Shown here in pieces: positions 16,120-30,189 of a stretch of DNA of 64,000 bases (positions within the stretch are counted from its first letter, which is position 1; each line of letters starts with the position of its first letter). The position numbers were made by a program, and so were the translations under genes. The DNA comes from the human T2T-CHM13v2.0 reference genome, Homo sapiens: NCBI RefSeq assembly GCF_009914755.1, contig NC_060936.1; one strand, written 5' to 3'. The notes under the pieces are model-generated. The model was not told where the DNA came from, made no database searches, and saw nothing but the letters and a program-made list of their open reading frames with translations.

Positions 16120-16612
16120 GTCACTCCTGTCTTTATTGTAGCCCTTCTATTACCATATTTTCTACATCTCTTGGCCTTCTTTCACTCCTCCCCAGCCATA
16201 CTAACCAACTTGATGTTCTTCAGGAACAGTAAGCTCTTTTCTGTGATGGTGCCTTCCACTTGCATCTTTAGGTCCAGAATGCTTTCTCTCCAGATATTTT
16301 CATGGCTTCCTCTTTCACTGCACTGAGGCCCTGCTCAATGCCCCTTTTCAGAAGAGCCTTCCCTGACCACTCCGTTTAAAATGGTATCCTCTCCCTTACT
16401 ATTTATTAGCCTTTTAGCTTTATTTAATTTTTCTTCCTAGCATGCATTACCTGACTTCTTTTTATACTTGCTAGTTGTTTGTTCTCTTACTATAACGTAG
16501 GCACCACTAGACAACGGTCTTTGTTTTTTCTTTCACCACTGTGTACCTAGCAGCATATAGTTATAATAGTACGTGGAACATAGTAAGCACTCAGTGATTG
16601 TTGAATACATGA
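16120..16612 (+). mobile_element. L2a 3' portion
   Basis: ccagccatact...cagaatgctttctctccagatat...agccttccctgaccac...taagcactcagtgattgttgaatacatgaa. Confidence 0.8.
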
Positions 16613-17231
16613 AAATTTTAATTCTAGTAACTCTATATTACTACAATCTTTTGTTTCACCTTTCACAGACATTTAATGTCTAGATATAATATCAACTTTA
16701 AAAAGCAAATTGGGTATGTGACATGAGTGATTATAGTACAAAACAGTAAGAAGACAAGTGTTATGTCCAAAATAATTTAACAAAGAAGGTGGGGAGCCAA
16801 CTTTACCATAGACTTTGAACTTTCTCCTCAATGTGATGTTTGTATTCCAGGTGTTTCATGAGCTCCAGTAAAACCAAAACTGTCCACGACTGATAGTCAA
16901 ATAATCTCTTTCGGAGAACAGAAGGACAGGCCTAATTCAGAGTGACAAATTCAGTTTGCTAATCACTGTCTTTGAGATATTATCAAACAAATATCTCTGC
17001 ATGTAGTATCAGGTGATTGTTCTATAGACTTTGGCTTTATAAAGTGGAATGGAAATAATTAACACATGTTTTTTCAGGAACTTGGTTCTTTGCTTTGCCT
17101 TCCCTGTTCCCCTAATTTCCTCCTCCTCCCTATTTCCCCATTCCCTTCTCCCACCTTGTTCCTCTATTCCAGGCTCCCCGTCTCTTTTTTGCCTTACCCA
17201 TGCGTGGAAATATTCCAGTACTTAGCCTTAA

Positions 17232-17630
<399 letters not shown>

Positions 17631-17696
17631 GGCTTGCTATTTTTATATATTTTTTTTTCCCTAAGAAATTGCTTAACTTATCTGTACTTGAAATTA

Positions 17697-17849
17697 GTCA
17701 ATACTCAGCATGGAGTCCTTCCATCACAGCATCTGAAACACTGGAAGCTTGTTAGCAAGGAGCTCCCTTGAGGTCTACTGAATCAGAATCTGCATTTTTG
17801 CAAGATCCCCTGGTGGTTTGTGTGTATATTAAAATGTGAGACGTACTGG
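17697..17849. mobile_element. MER5A/B-like MITE
   Basis: ctactgaatcagaatctgcatttttgcaagatcccctggtgg...aaaatgtgagacgtactg. Confidence 0.75.
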
Positions 17850-19669
17850 TAGTATATGTAAAACACAACAGTATTTATGTAAAACACGCCCTCCCTAAAG
17901 GCTATTCCTTCTAATTTTCCTAACAAAAATATGGATAGGGAAAAATATGTAGTATTTTATAGAAATCAATTCGATCAAAGCTATCGTGTATATATTTTTT
18001 CTTAAACTCAGTGATAAGAATATTCAAAATTGTTTCCTTATTTATATATCATTATTTACACTAAAGTTATGCAACTTGAGGTTTTATTTGTGGATGTGTC
18101 TAGTTAGAGGGAAGAAGGGAGAGAAGGAGAGGAAAAGGAAAAATATATTTTTGAGACCTCACAGTTGGTAAGGGAAAAAAAAATAGTTGTTTGGATTTTA
18201 ATTGTTCTCTTTAGAAAAAAAGTTGGTGAATAAGAATGTTTTAAATCGCCCTTTAAAATGCTACCTGTAGTACTTTAAAAAGAATCATCTTATTATTTCT
18301 CTACTTTGTTGAATGTGTGGAATCAAGTTTTCTTCCGAACACACTGGTGTGAATGAATGATGTAAAGCAGAGAATCCACACTTTGCTTAGGCTTACATAG
18401 AATTACACAAAACAATATACAATTTTATTTGTAAAAGCCTACTTGAGATTGAATGTAGTCTCAAGGCTGTATAGATCTTAATGGGAACATGCGGCTTCCT
18501 TTCACCACAAAAAAGTATTTTTTAATAAAAAATATATACATTAAACTGGATTCAAAGCAGTTATTTTTATTAATCACCTAGTGTGGTTATGTACCCTCTA
18601 CCACAGAGAATGAAAGACAGAAAGCATCCATTTTCTGCATTAAACTTTTCAGAAATACAGCTCACACAGGTTACAACATTGCTTAACAGCCTTTTCAAAT
18701 TAAGGCAAGATAGGAATCATATTCATTTTCTCCTTTCCCATTGGCACCAAGATGTAAATATAGCTAATGGTAGCCTGTTCAACACTATTATTAATCATTT
18801 TTGTAGCAACATGTTATTTGTGCCCAGATGTATGCAAATGCTCAGGTTCCTACTGCTCCAGATGGTGTTTATTAAGTTAAAGTAGTCATATAAGCAGAAG
18901 CAAGTGCTCTGCTATGTTCACACAAAAGCAAAAGCAAAACAAAACCAGCACCCAACAGCCTTGAATTGATTAATGTTTTTGATGCACTATAAATTTTAAG
19001 AATATTCCAGAATCCACAGGAGATATCTGAAATTTCAAAAAATAGGTTGTAAAGTGAAATAATCATACTGCAATAATATTTGTGCAATAAAATTTTATTC
19101 TTTCTAAATTATCTGATAAAAAGTCCTTGCAGTTGTGATAAATAGTCGAACTTGTGTATCTTAGATATAAAATTACATGCATTTTTATCTTTTAGTTGAC
19201 ATTTTATTTGAACTCAGAGTATTATAAAAATAATTTTATTACCATTTGTATCTGGGAAAAGAAGAAATTAATCCTGTCATGTGTCTTTAAGAAGAAATGT
19301 AAGACAAAGATCCTGAAGACTTGCAGTAATATAATAACTCAGTTTTCATAATAAAAGGACATTAACTTTAGTGTACAGGGAACTTCTCATGGAGGCAACT
19401 ATATTTTGTTTTTCTTTTTTCCTGCCTTTCAAATTTAGGAGGCAAAAATATTTGCAAATTTTGTATTTAAAGGAGAAACAGAAAAATAGCACATTCTAAA
19501 ATGTGTATGTACATGTACGATTTTATTGTACATTTCATAACTCTAATGCTTACAATTTCAGATCTCTGAAGCCTGTTAAAGTGTTTATGTACTTTGCCTA
19601 AATTATGTAGGCTTACTTACTGCATTCATGAGGGAAAAAAGTCACTGTTTATTATAATGCTTTTATAAG

Positions 19670-19810
19670 TTCCATGAGGAAAGTGATTATTGCTACACAA
19701 AACTTGATTTCAGAGAAGTAACGTGCCAATATTAAAAGACTAACAAAGGCAGAGACATTTTAAATTAAACCTCTTTGACAATAGAACCCACACTCTTAAT
19801 GATGTGCTAG
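19670..19810. mobile_element. MIR fragment
   Basis: cagagaagtaacgtgcc...ggcagagac...tgacaatagaacccacactcttaa. Confidence 0.55.
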
Positions 19811-20000
19811 ATCAACTCACCTCTTTGGTTCTAAATGCATATTTGATATATAAGTCAATTTGTATTCACTTTAAGCATGCGGTGCTCCTGTAGAGCAAAT
19901 AGTATTTCTGCTTGACAGGTGAGGAAACTGATGTACTGATGGCTCAAAGAAATAGGTGCCTTAAGGAAGTCGACAGTCTATTATTAGATTAAGATTTATG

Positions 20001-20296
20001 GGCCGGGCGCGGTGGCTCACGCCTGTAATCCCAGCACTTTGGGAGGCCAAGGAGGGCGGATCACGAGGTCAGGAGATCAAGACCATCCTGGCTAACATAG
20101 TGAAACCCCGTCTCTACAAAAACACACAAAAAATTAGCCGGGCCGTGGTGGCGGGCGCCTGTAGTCCCAGCTACTCCTCAGGCTGAGGCAGGAGAATGGC
20201 GTGAACCCGGGAGGTGGAGCTTTTTTGCAGCGAGCCGAGATCGCGCCACTGCACTCTGGCCTGGGCGACAGAGTGAAACTCCGTCTCAAAAAAAAA
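20001..20296 (+). mobile_element. AluY, full length; 10-bp TSD aagatttatg
   Basis: ggccgggcgcggtggctcacgcc...gagaatggcgtgaacccggga; TSD at 19991-20000 / 20297-20306. Confidence 0.96.
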
Positions 20297-20659
20297 AAGA
20301 TTTATGGCCATGTATTTTCTTTTTAACTGAATCTACAATATTGGTTTACTATATGTACAAAAAAAGATTTTAATTCTTTTAGTTTGGAAAATGGATCTCT
20401 CTCTGATATTGTAATATACTTGCTATTGATATTTAATCAACATTTAAATATCTATTTTTATATACCCAGACTGCTATAAGGTGACCAAAATAAAACTTAT
20501 TTGGAAGCATAAATTAGTTAGCTGAATCAAAAGTAGAATTTCAATGTCTATGTACTGGTTATCACTTTTAGTATGATTTTTTAAAGTTAATAATCATGAG
20601 AAATTAGGCTTAAATTTTTGTCCTTTATTATGGCGTGTCATTTATTTAATTAATTTAAA

Positions 20660-20770
20660 GAATAATAATAATACTATTCTAAGAACTTTATGTGTTATTT
20701 CATTTAATTTTCATAACACTTCCTATTGCATTATTATTATTATTATTCTCATTTTATAGATAAATATAGA
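20660..20770. mobile_element. MIR fragment
   Basis: tttatgtgttatttcatttaattttcataacac...attattctcattttatagat. Confidence 0.5.
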
Positions 20771-21494
20771 AATAATAATTTTTTGGCCAAAACATTAGTC
20801 TTATAAACTATCTGAATATTTAGGCTCTAGAAGTTCTCACAACTGCCTTTTCTTAGTGGCCTTCCCAGACACTTTCAACTACTAATAACGGGAAGGACAA
20901 AGCTACTGAAAATTTTATTATAAAAGAAAGCATAGAATTGTAAGGAAATTGTTATAGCATATTTAGTTTATCTAAGAGTGTTACATGTTCTCCTTTAGTC
21001 AGCAGGAGTACAGCTTTTTGCCTATCTAAAGGATTCCTAGATTAATACAAATATTTGGTCTATGGTTTTGCCCAAAGAAATTGCTGTTTGCTAAGTGACG
21101 AAAATGAAATTGGTCGCACATCATCTAGAAAAGATGCAACCCATGTACTTTTTAAATGCTTTGTAAATTGCTATTGCTAATTGAGGACAGATGCTTCTAT
21201 GGACATTGGTTAGGTTAAATTATTTAAGCAATCCAGAAATTGTAGATTTAGCAACAGGATGTACCTGCCCAGGTATCTTAGCTTGCTATTGATCTCATCG
21301 AAAGGCACTGGCAGATTAAACCATTTTTGATTTTTAGCAACCGAAAAAGTCTCTTCTACTTTCTTTGGCTTGAAAACTTTACACATTCCTTGGGTGGTAA
21401 ACTAAATGATAGCTATTCTTTAAGCTACTATTTCATTGGTTTTCTGAAATCTTTTGTTTTTTACTCAGTCTTATCATTTAGCCCCTCATTTTTC

Positions 21495-21632
21495 AATCTC
21501 TCTCTCTACTACTGGACTGTTACATTTTGAGGACAAGAACTATGTCTTACTCATCTTTGTATTTCAGCACTTATTATAACTGACATATAATCCACTCAGT
21601 ACTGAAAAACTGTATATTAATGAATAGTAAAT
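21495..21632 (+). mobile_element. L2 3' end fragment
   Basis: ctggactgttacattttgaggacaagaactatgtcttactcatctttgtatttcagcact. Confidence 0.65.
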
Positions 21633-22521
21633 GACTCATATATAAAATATATGTGAATATAACTAAGTTATATATAAATAATGCAAGCTGAATTAAACAT
21701 GCAATTTTCAGCTATTAAATTTATTATGCATCTCTCTGTGGTCTCATAATAAATGACACAGTTCAGTTCATAATTTTTTCTAGCTATTAGGTCTTGGTTC
21801 TGATTACAAATCATTTGTCCTCTCACTTTTTGAGGTTACTATGGTACACTAACATTTTATTTAGATTTGGTCACAGTCCAGATATTAAACAATGTTTTTC
21901 TACCCTTGTCACGAAAGATTCTCCATTTTATTTGAATTGCCTTATCTTAGTCATTGTAAATCTTTGTTTGTTGAATACCCCATCATGTGTTAAGTTCCTT
22001 ATAGTTCCACTTTATGGGTTGATTAGAAATCTGTGCTGACATTTAAACTTATCCTAGACAATTTGCTTTAATAATGGTAAGTCTCAGATTACTGCTGCAT
22101 TTTCTGTATAGTTCCACTGTGGTCCCATGCCAAGATGTAGTGACTTCACTGCTCAAATTCTTCTGATGTGGGTTTATTAAATGATATGATTGCAATGAAG
22201 TATTGTCCAGCTCACTTTCTCTGGCCGTGATAGATGATGGTAATACTTGCCCTCTCGTTAAGTTGAACATTTTTCTAGTATGGACTAGACACTCCTGTCC
22301 GAGTCTTGCTTTTAATCTTTTCTTTTCTGATCACTAGCTTACTGCACTATACTTTCTCCAAATATGTTATCTTGTGATTTGCAATTGCAAGCAGGAAGAC
22401 TAATACTAGAAGATAAATGCCTTAGAAAACAGTGTTTTGTTTTCTTCTAATATTCATTAATATCTTCTGCTTCGTTCTCTCATAATTTTATTATTGCTGT
22501 ATCTGGCTGAAATTCTGCCTG

Positions 22522-22982
22522 TGTGATGGGTTGATGAGTCCCTCCAAAATTTGTATGTTAAATCCTAACTGTGAGGACCTCAGAATATGACCTTTTTTGG
22601 AAAAGGAGTCTTTGCAGATCTAATTGTTTAAGACGAGGTCATACTGAAGAAGGGTGAGTCCCTAATCCAATATGATTGGTATCGTTTTAACAAGCGGAAA
22701 TGTGGACACAGACACACACACAGGGAGAACACTGTGTAAACATGAAGTTAAAGATTAAGGTGATGTAGCAGAGGTCAAGGAACACCAAATATTGAGAGCA
22801 AATCACCAGAAACTCTAAGAGAGGCATGGAACATATTTTCTTCACAGCCCTCAGAAGGAACCAACTTTGTCGATATCTCCATGTTGAACCTGTAACCTTC
22901 AGAGCTGTGAGACAATAAATTCCTGTTCTGTAAGCCAACTAGTTGTGGTACTGTATTATGGCAACCTACCAAATATATTGAC
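22522..22982 (+). mobile_element. MLT1C/MLT1B MaLR solo LTR
   Basis: cctcagaatatgacctt...gaggtcatact...cctaatccaatatga...agccctcagaaggaaccaac...aataaattcctgtt. Confidence 0.9.
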
Positions 22983-23030
22983 TATAGCTTAATTGTGTTT
23001 TTAAAATTTTTACTTGAAATATTAAGGAAG

Positions 23031-23070
23031 GACTAATTTATTGGACTTAAGTCTAATTTATTGGACTTAA
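23031..23070. repeat. 20-bp tandem duplication g(a/t)ctaatttattggacttaa x2
   Basis: Two adjacent copies with one mismatch. Confidence 0.9.
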
Positions 23071-23764
23071 TGCATGCAATTTTAAATTTCCTACCACATT
23101 TCTTTAGAATTTTTGTTTAGTCTATTTTATTCAACCTTTTCCTATTTCTGTCTCTTTATATAGCTGATTTTTACCTTCAGAATTAAACGTGGTTCATATA
23201 GGACAGCAAGGTCATATATTCTAAAACCTGTTGTCTTCCTTTTGCCTGTTTTTACCACATTATCATTTTTCCATATGTAGCACATTATCAAGGTGTTACT
23301 CAGTGATGGTTGATCAGGGAAGTTCGGTGTAAAAGATCACCTTATGAAAGCAGAAATAGTGCTGTGAATGTCAAATTACTATCAAAATATTTGTTTCTTC
23401 ATATGTATTTGTATTAATAATTATAAGTTGAATTTTATTGTATCTACACTGATAATATATACATCATAGTTCTAGTAGTTTGTGATATTTCATGGTTGAA
23501 TGAGTGAAAATAATGTCATATTTGAAAATAAGATTTGTTATAGTTAATTAAACTGAGTTCTAATTTAGGCATCTCATTAGTGACGTTATTTGAGAGGCTT
23601 ACTTTACTTGATATGTGAGGGCTAATTATTATGGTTGGTGTTAAGTAAAAGATAAGAAAGATATATATTATCATTCTTTAAAAATTTTAGAATGTAAAAT
23701 GGGTAATACCAGAATCCTGAGTCCGAGACACTTATTGTTAGAAGCTGTGTAGGGCTTTCTAGGG

Positions 23765-23983
23765 TAGCAATTTTTAAACTGTATTCCAAGGAGCCTTAAA
23801 GATTCTGGAAAGTCTGATTCAGGAGGCAAAACAGAAAGGTCAACATTGTAATGAATGTGCAACTCCCCAATCCTTTTAATGTGAGCAACACATCTTTTAT
23901 CTATTTTTTACTTGTTTTTTGCTCTTTCATAAGATTCATTTGAAAGATGGTATTTGCTGCTAAGACACGTGTAAACCAATGAT
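23765..23983. mobile_element. Possible MER103-like hAT-Charlie remnant
   Basis: tttttaaactgtattccaaggagcc...ttcatttgaaagatggtatttgctgctaa...aaaccaatg. Confidence 0.4.
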
Positions 23984-24049
23984 CTGGTTACTTGCAATGT
24001 ATAAATAACACAAGGGTTAATTTAAAAAATAATACATGAAAGCACACTT

Positions 24050-24225
24050 TTCTAGAATTTTCATATTAATCTGTTGACTTTCAGAGATAAACAAGATTAT
24101 GGGGATTATTTACCTTAAATGCAGATGCCTATCAGAGGAGGAAATAGAAGACCAAAAATTTTCGTTGTCTTGTTCAAGATCATACAGTTAATTAATAATG
24201 AGCTAAGGATCCAGACCAAAATTTT
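24050..24225. mobile_element. MIR fragment
   Basis: cttgttcaagatcatacagttaattaataatgagctaaggatccagacc. Confidence 0.5.
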
Positions 24226-25559
24226 CTATTTTTTTTTTCTAAAGTACAACAATGCTTCCTTCTATAGAAATCACAGTTTTCTAAATATTGAACTGGTCTT
24301 TGATCAGTGCCAGTTTTATTACTTTCACGTTTACTTTTACAAAAGAAGTTATTTTAGAAGCAAAATATTTGTGATTGATTTTCTTTATTTTGACTTCTGA
24401 GGGGAAAATGTTGTTTGGAATAGTTTCCTGAGATACACCTTCAATAAAAATAAGCATTCCAGTCCTGTATGGAACATATTCCATTTGGATAGTTTCTCAG
24501 TTATCAAGAGTCTTTATAAATGGTCAGTTCCCTCCTGCTAGGAAGTAGAAGGGATTTATTATTTTAAATTGGAGACATTTAAATTTTTAAATTAATTCAT
24601 CATTTTTTATTTGGCAGAGCTAAAAACTGGCTGTACATAGAGATTCCAGTAAAATTTCAATATTCTTCAGCTGCCAAATTCCTTAAGAAAATATACTTAA
24701 AACCAAATACTTGCTAGAGCTAGTTGAAGTCAAAAGGCAGACCCTGTGGAATGATCCAGTGCGTTACTCAATGAGTATTTCGGCATTTAAGTCTGGGGAA
24801 AGAGACGAAATGAGTGGTTATGTAGCAATCACAGTAAATTAAAAGGAAAACAACCTGGGGAATTAGACAAATTGCTGTACATTTAGAAATTACATATACA
24901 ATAAGATTATTTTTTAAATAATTATTGTCTGGGCTTTACATCCTGCTTAATATTTAAATAATCTGAGCCAAATGTAACAGTGGCCCATTGAACAAAACCC
25001 TCAACGTTTTTGGATTTGGTTTCCAGGGTATACAATACAACCTTTTTGCCATCTGGCATTTCATTCGGGAATATAGCCTTTGCTTGAAAAGGAGAAATAT
25101 CACAAGCTAAAATTATAGTTAATATAGGGTAAACTGCAGTAACATCTGTGCATATGACAACTTATATTTAGTTGCACCAAAACTTCTTTGGAATTCTAAA
25201 GACGGTTTTGAAATTTTGTGAGTTTGTAGACTAAAATAACCCTTATTTTACAAGCACATTTGTTTTCTCATTTGTATTCTCCCATTTCAATAAAGTATAT
25301 ATAGGCAATCAGCTACAGATTTATTTTGAAACCTTTTTTGGAATATTGTTCTTTCTAGTCTTGAGGTTGGCACTTAGTTTTTTTGTGGGTTTGCCGTTGC
25401 CTTTTTGAAATGGCTATCTGCACTCATCCCCATTGCCAAATACCCTGTGAGTTTTCATAGTAACGAGACACAGCTGTCCTTTATTTCCTCCCTCGTTAGT
25501 CTGAGATTACTTATTACACTATTTCATGTCACTTTTCTGTTTTATTCATGTACTTAATA

Positions 25560-26310
25560 TTTGTTCATATTGGCATATAGTTAATATTTATGCAAAGAAA
25601 ATAGTGCACAAATATCAAGTATATGCCTTGACAATTTTTGAGAAAGTGAAAACACTAGCGTAATTAACATGCATATTAAAAAAATAAAACTTGAGCCCCT
25701 ACATGTGCTTCTTTCTAGTCACTATTACTCCCCTTCCCAAAGTTTACCACTATTTGGACTTTGAAAATCATTGTTTCTTTGATTTAGAGCTCTATGTAAA
25801 TACAATGATAGAATCTAGATACTTTTACTCAATATTATATATGTAGTATTCCTTCATGTTGTATATAACAGTAATTAATTCTGTATGGCATTTCATTAAA
25901 TGAAGTAAAAAATTTTATCTTATTTTGATGTACAATTTGATTACTTCCAGACTGGGAAATTACAAAAAAGACTGATAAAATTATCATTTATGTTTTGTGT
26001 TGACATTATATATACATGATATTATATGTGACATTATATATCACAGATTATATATATATATATATAAAATTAGGAATGTGTCTAGGGGTGGAGGTTTCCA
26101 TAAGTTCTAAATTTGTTCCGCAAATCAGTTTTCCAAATTGTTTGAAAGAGTTCTGACTTCTTTCAAATATGGTTTTATCAATTTACTTTCACATCAGGAG
26201 TATATGAGAGTTCCAGTGGCTGGCTCTACATATATATCAATGTTTGATCATAACAGTATTTTTAATATCATATTCTTTCTGTTGAATGTATTATAATATC
26301 ATTTGGAAAA
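25560..26310 (-). mobile_element. Old L1ME 3' end
   Basis: gtgcacaaatatcaagtatatgccttgacaattttt...ttactttcacatcaggagtatatgagagttccagtggc. Confidence 0.7.
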
Positions 26311-26795
26311 TATCTTACTATAGAGCCCTTTTTCTTAATTGTGAGTTATGATCTTTTTTCTCATTTTCAATACATACCATGGTCTGATATCTTTACCACT
26401 GTCACTTCTAATCCATAAGAAGTGAAGAAACCTGATTAAGATAATGGCAAGAAAGCTGGCTGATATACTGTATGATACATACATTGATACCTGTTATGAT
26501 TTAAAAAATTAATCCAGCTCTTAGTTAAAATTTTGGATGCCATTTGTATTTATCAGACTTCCATAAACCACTACCTACCATTCTATGGTCATGTTATCTT
26601 ATTAACAATGAAAAAAAGGAAGTTACTGTTTCACCAGTTTCCTATTTTTATATATTGATTTCCTATTCACCATATTAATTGCTAGCCAGGCTGTCTTCCC
26701 TTCCAAATCATCTATGCCTTTCTAAACACAATATAATCTGTTTTATGTCAATATCACATTCTTAGACATGCATTCAATTATGCCATGAATGATGT

Positions 26796-27297
26796 TGTGT
26801 TAGGTAGAATAACAGCTCCTATAAAGTGTTCACTTTGTAATTCCCCGAGTGTGTGAAAACATTATGTTACATGGCAAGGATGAATTAAGGTCGCTAAAAG
26901 CTGACCTAAAAATAAGGAGATTAACCTGGATTATCTGGGTGAGCTCAATGTAATAAGAAGGGTCTTAAAAGGGGAAGAGAGGAGCAGAAACACTAGAACC
27001 AGAGAAATGGCATCATGAGAAAGCTTGACTGGCCATTGCTGGCTTTAAAGATGGAAGGGGAGGCAAAGCCAAGGGATGCAGGCAGTCTCTAGAATCTAGG
27101 AAAAAGCTAGAATAGGAAATCTCCTCTAGAACCTTCAGAAAGAAAAGCAGTCCTACCAATACTTTGATTTTAGTCCAGTGAAACTCATTTCAGACTTCTG
27201 ATCCCCAGAACTGTTAGAAAATAAATCTGAATTGTTTTAAGCCACTATGTTTGTGAAGAATTGTTACTGCAGTAAAAACAACAACAACACTAATACA
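26796..27297 (+). mobile_element. MLT1D MaLR LTR (5' LTR)
   Basis: tatgttacatggcaa...ctggattatctgggtgagctcaatgtaat...ttgctggctttaaagatgga...ttttaagccact...ctaataca. Confidence 0.9.
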
Positions 27298-27495
27298 AAA
27301 CTGCATTTCTGGAAGTGGGTACAGCTGTAACAAATAACCTAAGAATATGGACTACTTTGAGATTTGGCAATGGGCAGAGGCGGAAGAATTTTGAGAGCAA
27401 AGATAACCAAAGTATAGATTCCCTTGAAGGAACTTTTCAAAGGAATATAGATGTTAGCTAGTTTGTTAGTAAGGACTCAGAAAGAAGTGAGAAGA
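27298..27495 (+). mobile_element. MLT1-internal 5' fragment adjoining the LTR
   Basis: ggaagtgggtacagctgtaacaaataacctaagaatatgg...ggcaatgggcagaggcggaagaattttgagagc. Confidence 0.75.
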
Positions 27496-27519
27496 TTTTA
27501 TATTCTTGTCCTGTTTACT

Positions 27520-28880
27520 ATGTTAGAATGTGATAATATTGAATACTATTCGTTTTGAAAATCTTTATTCCCTCAGTATCTTTAAATTTTTCTTCCATAT
27601 TTGTTCTTCAAATCTGACTGTGCCATTTGCTTTCTCTTTTTTGCTTGATTCTGTATACATATATTATATGACCTTTTATCTTTTATAAATCTACATGGTT
27701 TCTCTAGATAATACATGTGCAATAAATGACTTTACCTACTTCTACACAGATACAAATCACAAATATTTATCTTCAATATAGACCTCCTCATTGAACTACT
27801 GACTTAAAAAATCCAACTGCCTAATAAGCATGCTTAATAAGATATTTTTCAGATAATTGAAAATCAACATGTTAAACATTAAACTTCTTCTATATCTCTC
27901 ACATCTGCCTCTCCTTTTGTTCCCTCTCTAAAGTGTTATTACTACCATCGGTCCAATTAACCTGATAAGAAACTTGAGGTCATCCTCAACTCATTCCTTT
28001 TTTGTATCCCCCAAATTGACATGTCCTGCTTTTTAATTTTCTTTTCTAATATGTATTGATCATTTACTATGTGTCAGGTACATTCAAAGTAAAGCACATA
28101 TATTAATTAGCTTAATAACAAACATAGGACATATTTCATTATCACCCTCGATTACAAAAATATTGAGATAAAAAAAGCACTACCCAAGGTCAAACAGAAG
28201 TGAGTAGACAAGAGAGGACTGGGAGTCAAGGAGCCTGGCTATAGAGCTTATGATTATATAAGTATGCTGCACTGTTTTCTCTTGGATTCACCCTCTCTAT
28301 TTCATTCACAAAACATTCCCTTGCCTTTCTCACTGAATTTTTTCTTTTCTTTTTTTTCTGGATTTCTGTTTTGTTTTGTTTTACTGCCTAAAAGGCTATC
28401 TTTTAATTTTAGTCTTTCTCTACTCTGATTCAAACACTATACCACTGTTCAAGCAGTCTTTTAAAAACATAAATCTAAATAACTCATTCCCTTGATTGAT
28501 ACTCTTTAGCACTTTAACAATACATTCAGAACAAAATCCACTTTTACACAGCATTCAAAAGATTTATCAGGAATCACATTACTTATTATAATCTTTTCTC
28601 ATTTTTCTTTCCTTTCCTTGTACCTTGCTGTTTATTTTCTCCCTAATAAATGCAACACTGGTTCCTTTGCCTTTCCAACCTTTCATGTCAATTAATAACT
28701 GCTTTATAATACTTATCACCAGACCATGTATGTGTGTTTGTTCATTGTTTCTCTCCACTACTTGAATTTAAGCTACCTAATGACAAGGACAACATTTTTG
28801 TTCACTGCTTTATTCCTAGTGTGTAAAACAGATCCTGGTGTGAAGTTGGTACTCAATAAATATTTTTTGAATTAATCAGA
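27520..28880 (+). mobile_element. L2 fragments with a nested MIR (~28050-28275)
   Basis: tccaactgccta...agaaacttgaggtcatcctcaac...ttgttcactgctttattcctagtg...ggtactcaataaatattttttgaat; MIR cccaaggtcaaacag. Confidence 0.7.
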
Positions 28881-29579
28881 AATCAACTGAAGAAAGCATG
28901 ACTCTTGACTTCTTTGTATTAAGATCCTGAAATACAAAGCTACTTCAAATAAGAATTAACCACTTTGTTATAACTGCTATCACTAAGCACTGTACATCAG
29001 GCCTACCTATTTTACTATATCCTTTCCACTGATTACTATACTTTCTTTTCAAGTAAATCTCCACCAATTGATTGAAATCTTCTTAAAGATATGATTTCCT
29101 TCTTTCCTTCTTCCCTCCCTTCCTTCCTTCCTTCTGCTTTTGCTCCTTTCTTAATCATAACTTTAAAATCTCTAATTCTAGCCTAATATTTGACCTTAGA
29201 TAATCAATAAATGCTCTTTATATGTTATTGAAGCGACACCAATTCCATTTAACTTTAGCAACCGATGTCTTTTTTTAACTCATTAAAAGGGTTTTACAGT
29301 TATCTCTTTAGATGACAATACAATCTGATTGCTGTTTCATGTATTTATTTAGGTCTAATTAAACAGTAGCTTGAAGGGTCTTTCTAGCTTCCTTTCCTAA
29401 CCAGAGTCTAATTTTAGGAATTAAATACTTCTACATAAATTGATAATTCATTATAAACCAGCAGAATGTCTTTTATTCCTCTAAAGTCCGTATTACTTAC
29501 CATTGTTTTAATTTACAGAGCAATGGTAAAGAAACAAATCATGTTACTGGCCTTTACTGCTACACTCCCCTTTTCTCTT

Positions 29580-30172
29580 TCCAAAATGGTCATTTCAGCC
29601 TCTCTTGTCTTATCATACTTCTTTTATCCTCACTTCTCTTAACTCACAGGTGATAAAGCAATCACACATAAACTCCGTGTTCTGCATTGTACCACATCTA
29701 CTAGTATACCAGCATCTGTACTCACACTCCTTTCCTACTCTCCTGTTACTATGGGTGGAATTAACATCCACCTGGGCTCCGGTTCCCCTCTTTTCTAACA
29801 GTCTCTTATTCCTACAACTGGGATTTCTCTCCTTACTCTACGGATTTCTCTTTCTCTGGTGTGTATTCCCATCAGCTTATGAACATGTTCTAGAAATTCT
29901 TACATTTTAACTCTCCCTTGACCTCTAACTATTCTTCAAATCATGACCTTCACAGTAAAACTTCTTGAAAGAACTGACTGTAATTAATATTTTCACTTTC
30001 TAGTTTTATACTCTGTCTTTATTCCAGCTCTGTAGAGTTTTGACTTTACCATATTCTGGAACTTTTCTATAGCAAGAACAGTTAGTATTCTTATTGCCTT
30101 ATTTCTAAATCTGTTGAATATCTTGATTTATCTTAATTAGCTTAATTCATAGTATTTGACATGGTTGACCAA
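29580..30172 (+). mobile_element. L2 internal fragment
   Basis: cacagtaaaacttcttgaaaga...gtatttgacatggttgacca. Confidence 0.55.
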
Positions 30173-30189
30173 AACCACTTAAAAAAAAA

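Noticed and set aside
18583-18885. 100-aa ORF in apparently unique sequence (also the 101-aa ORF at 29605-29910)
   Set aside because: Non-ATG starts, no recognisable domain, length compatible with chance; the second lies in L2.
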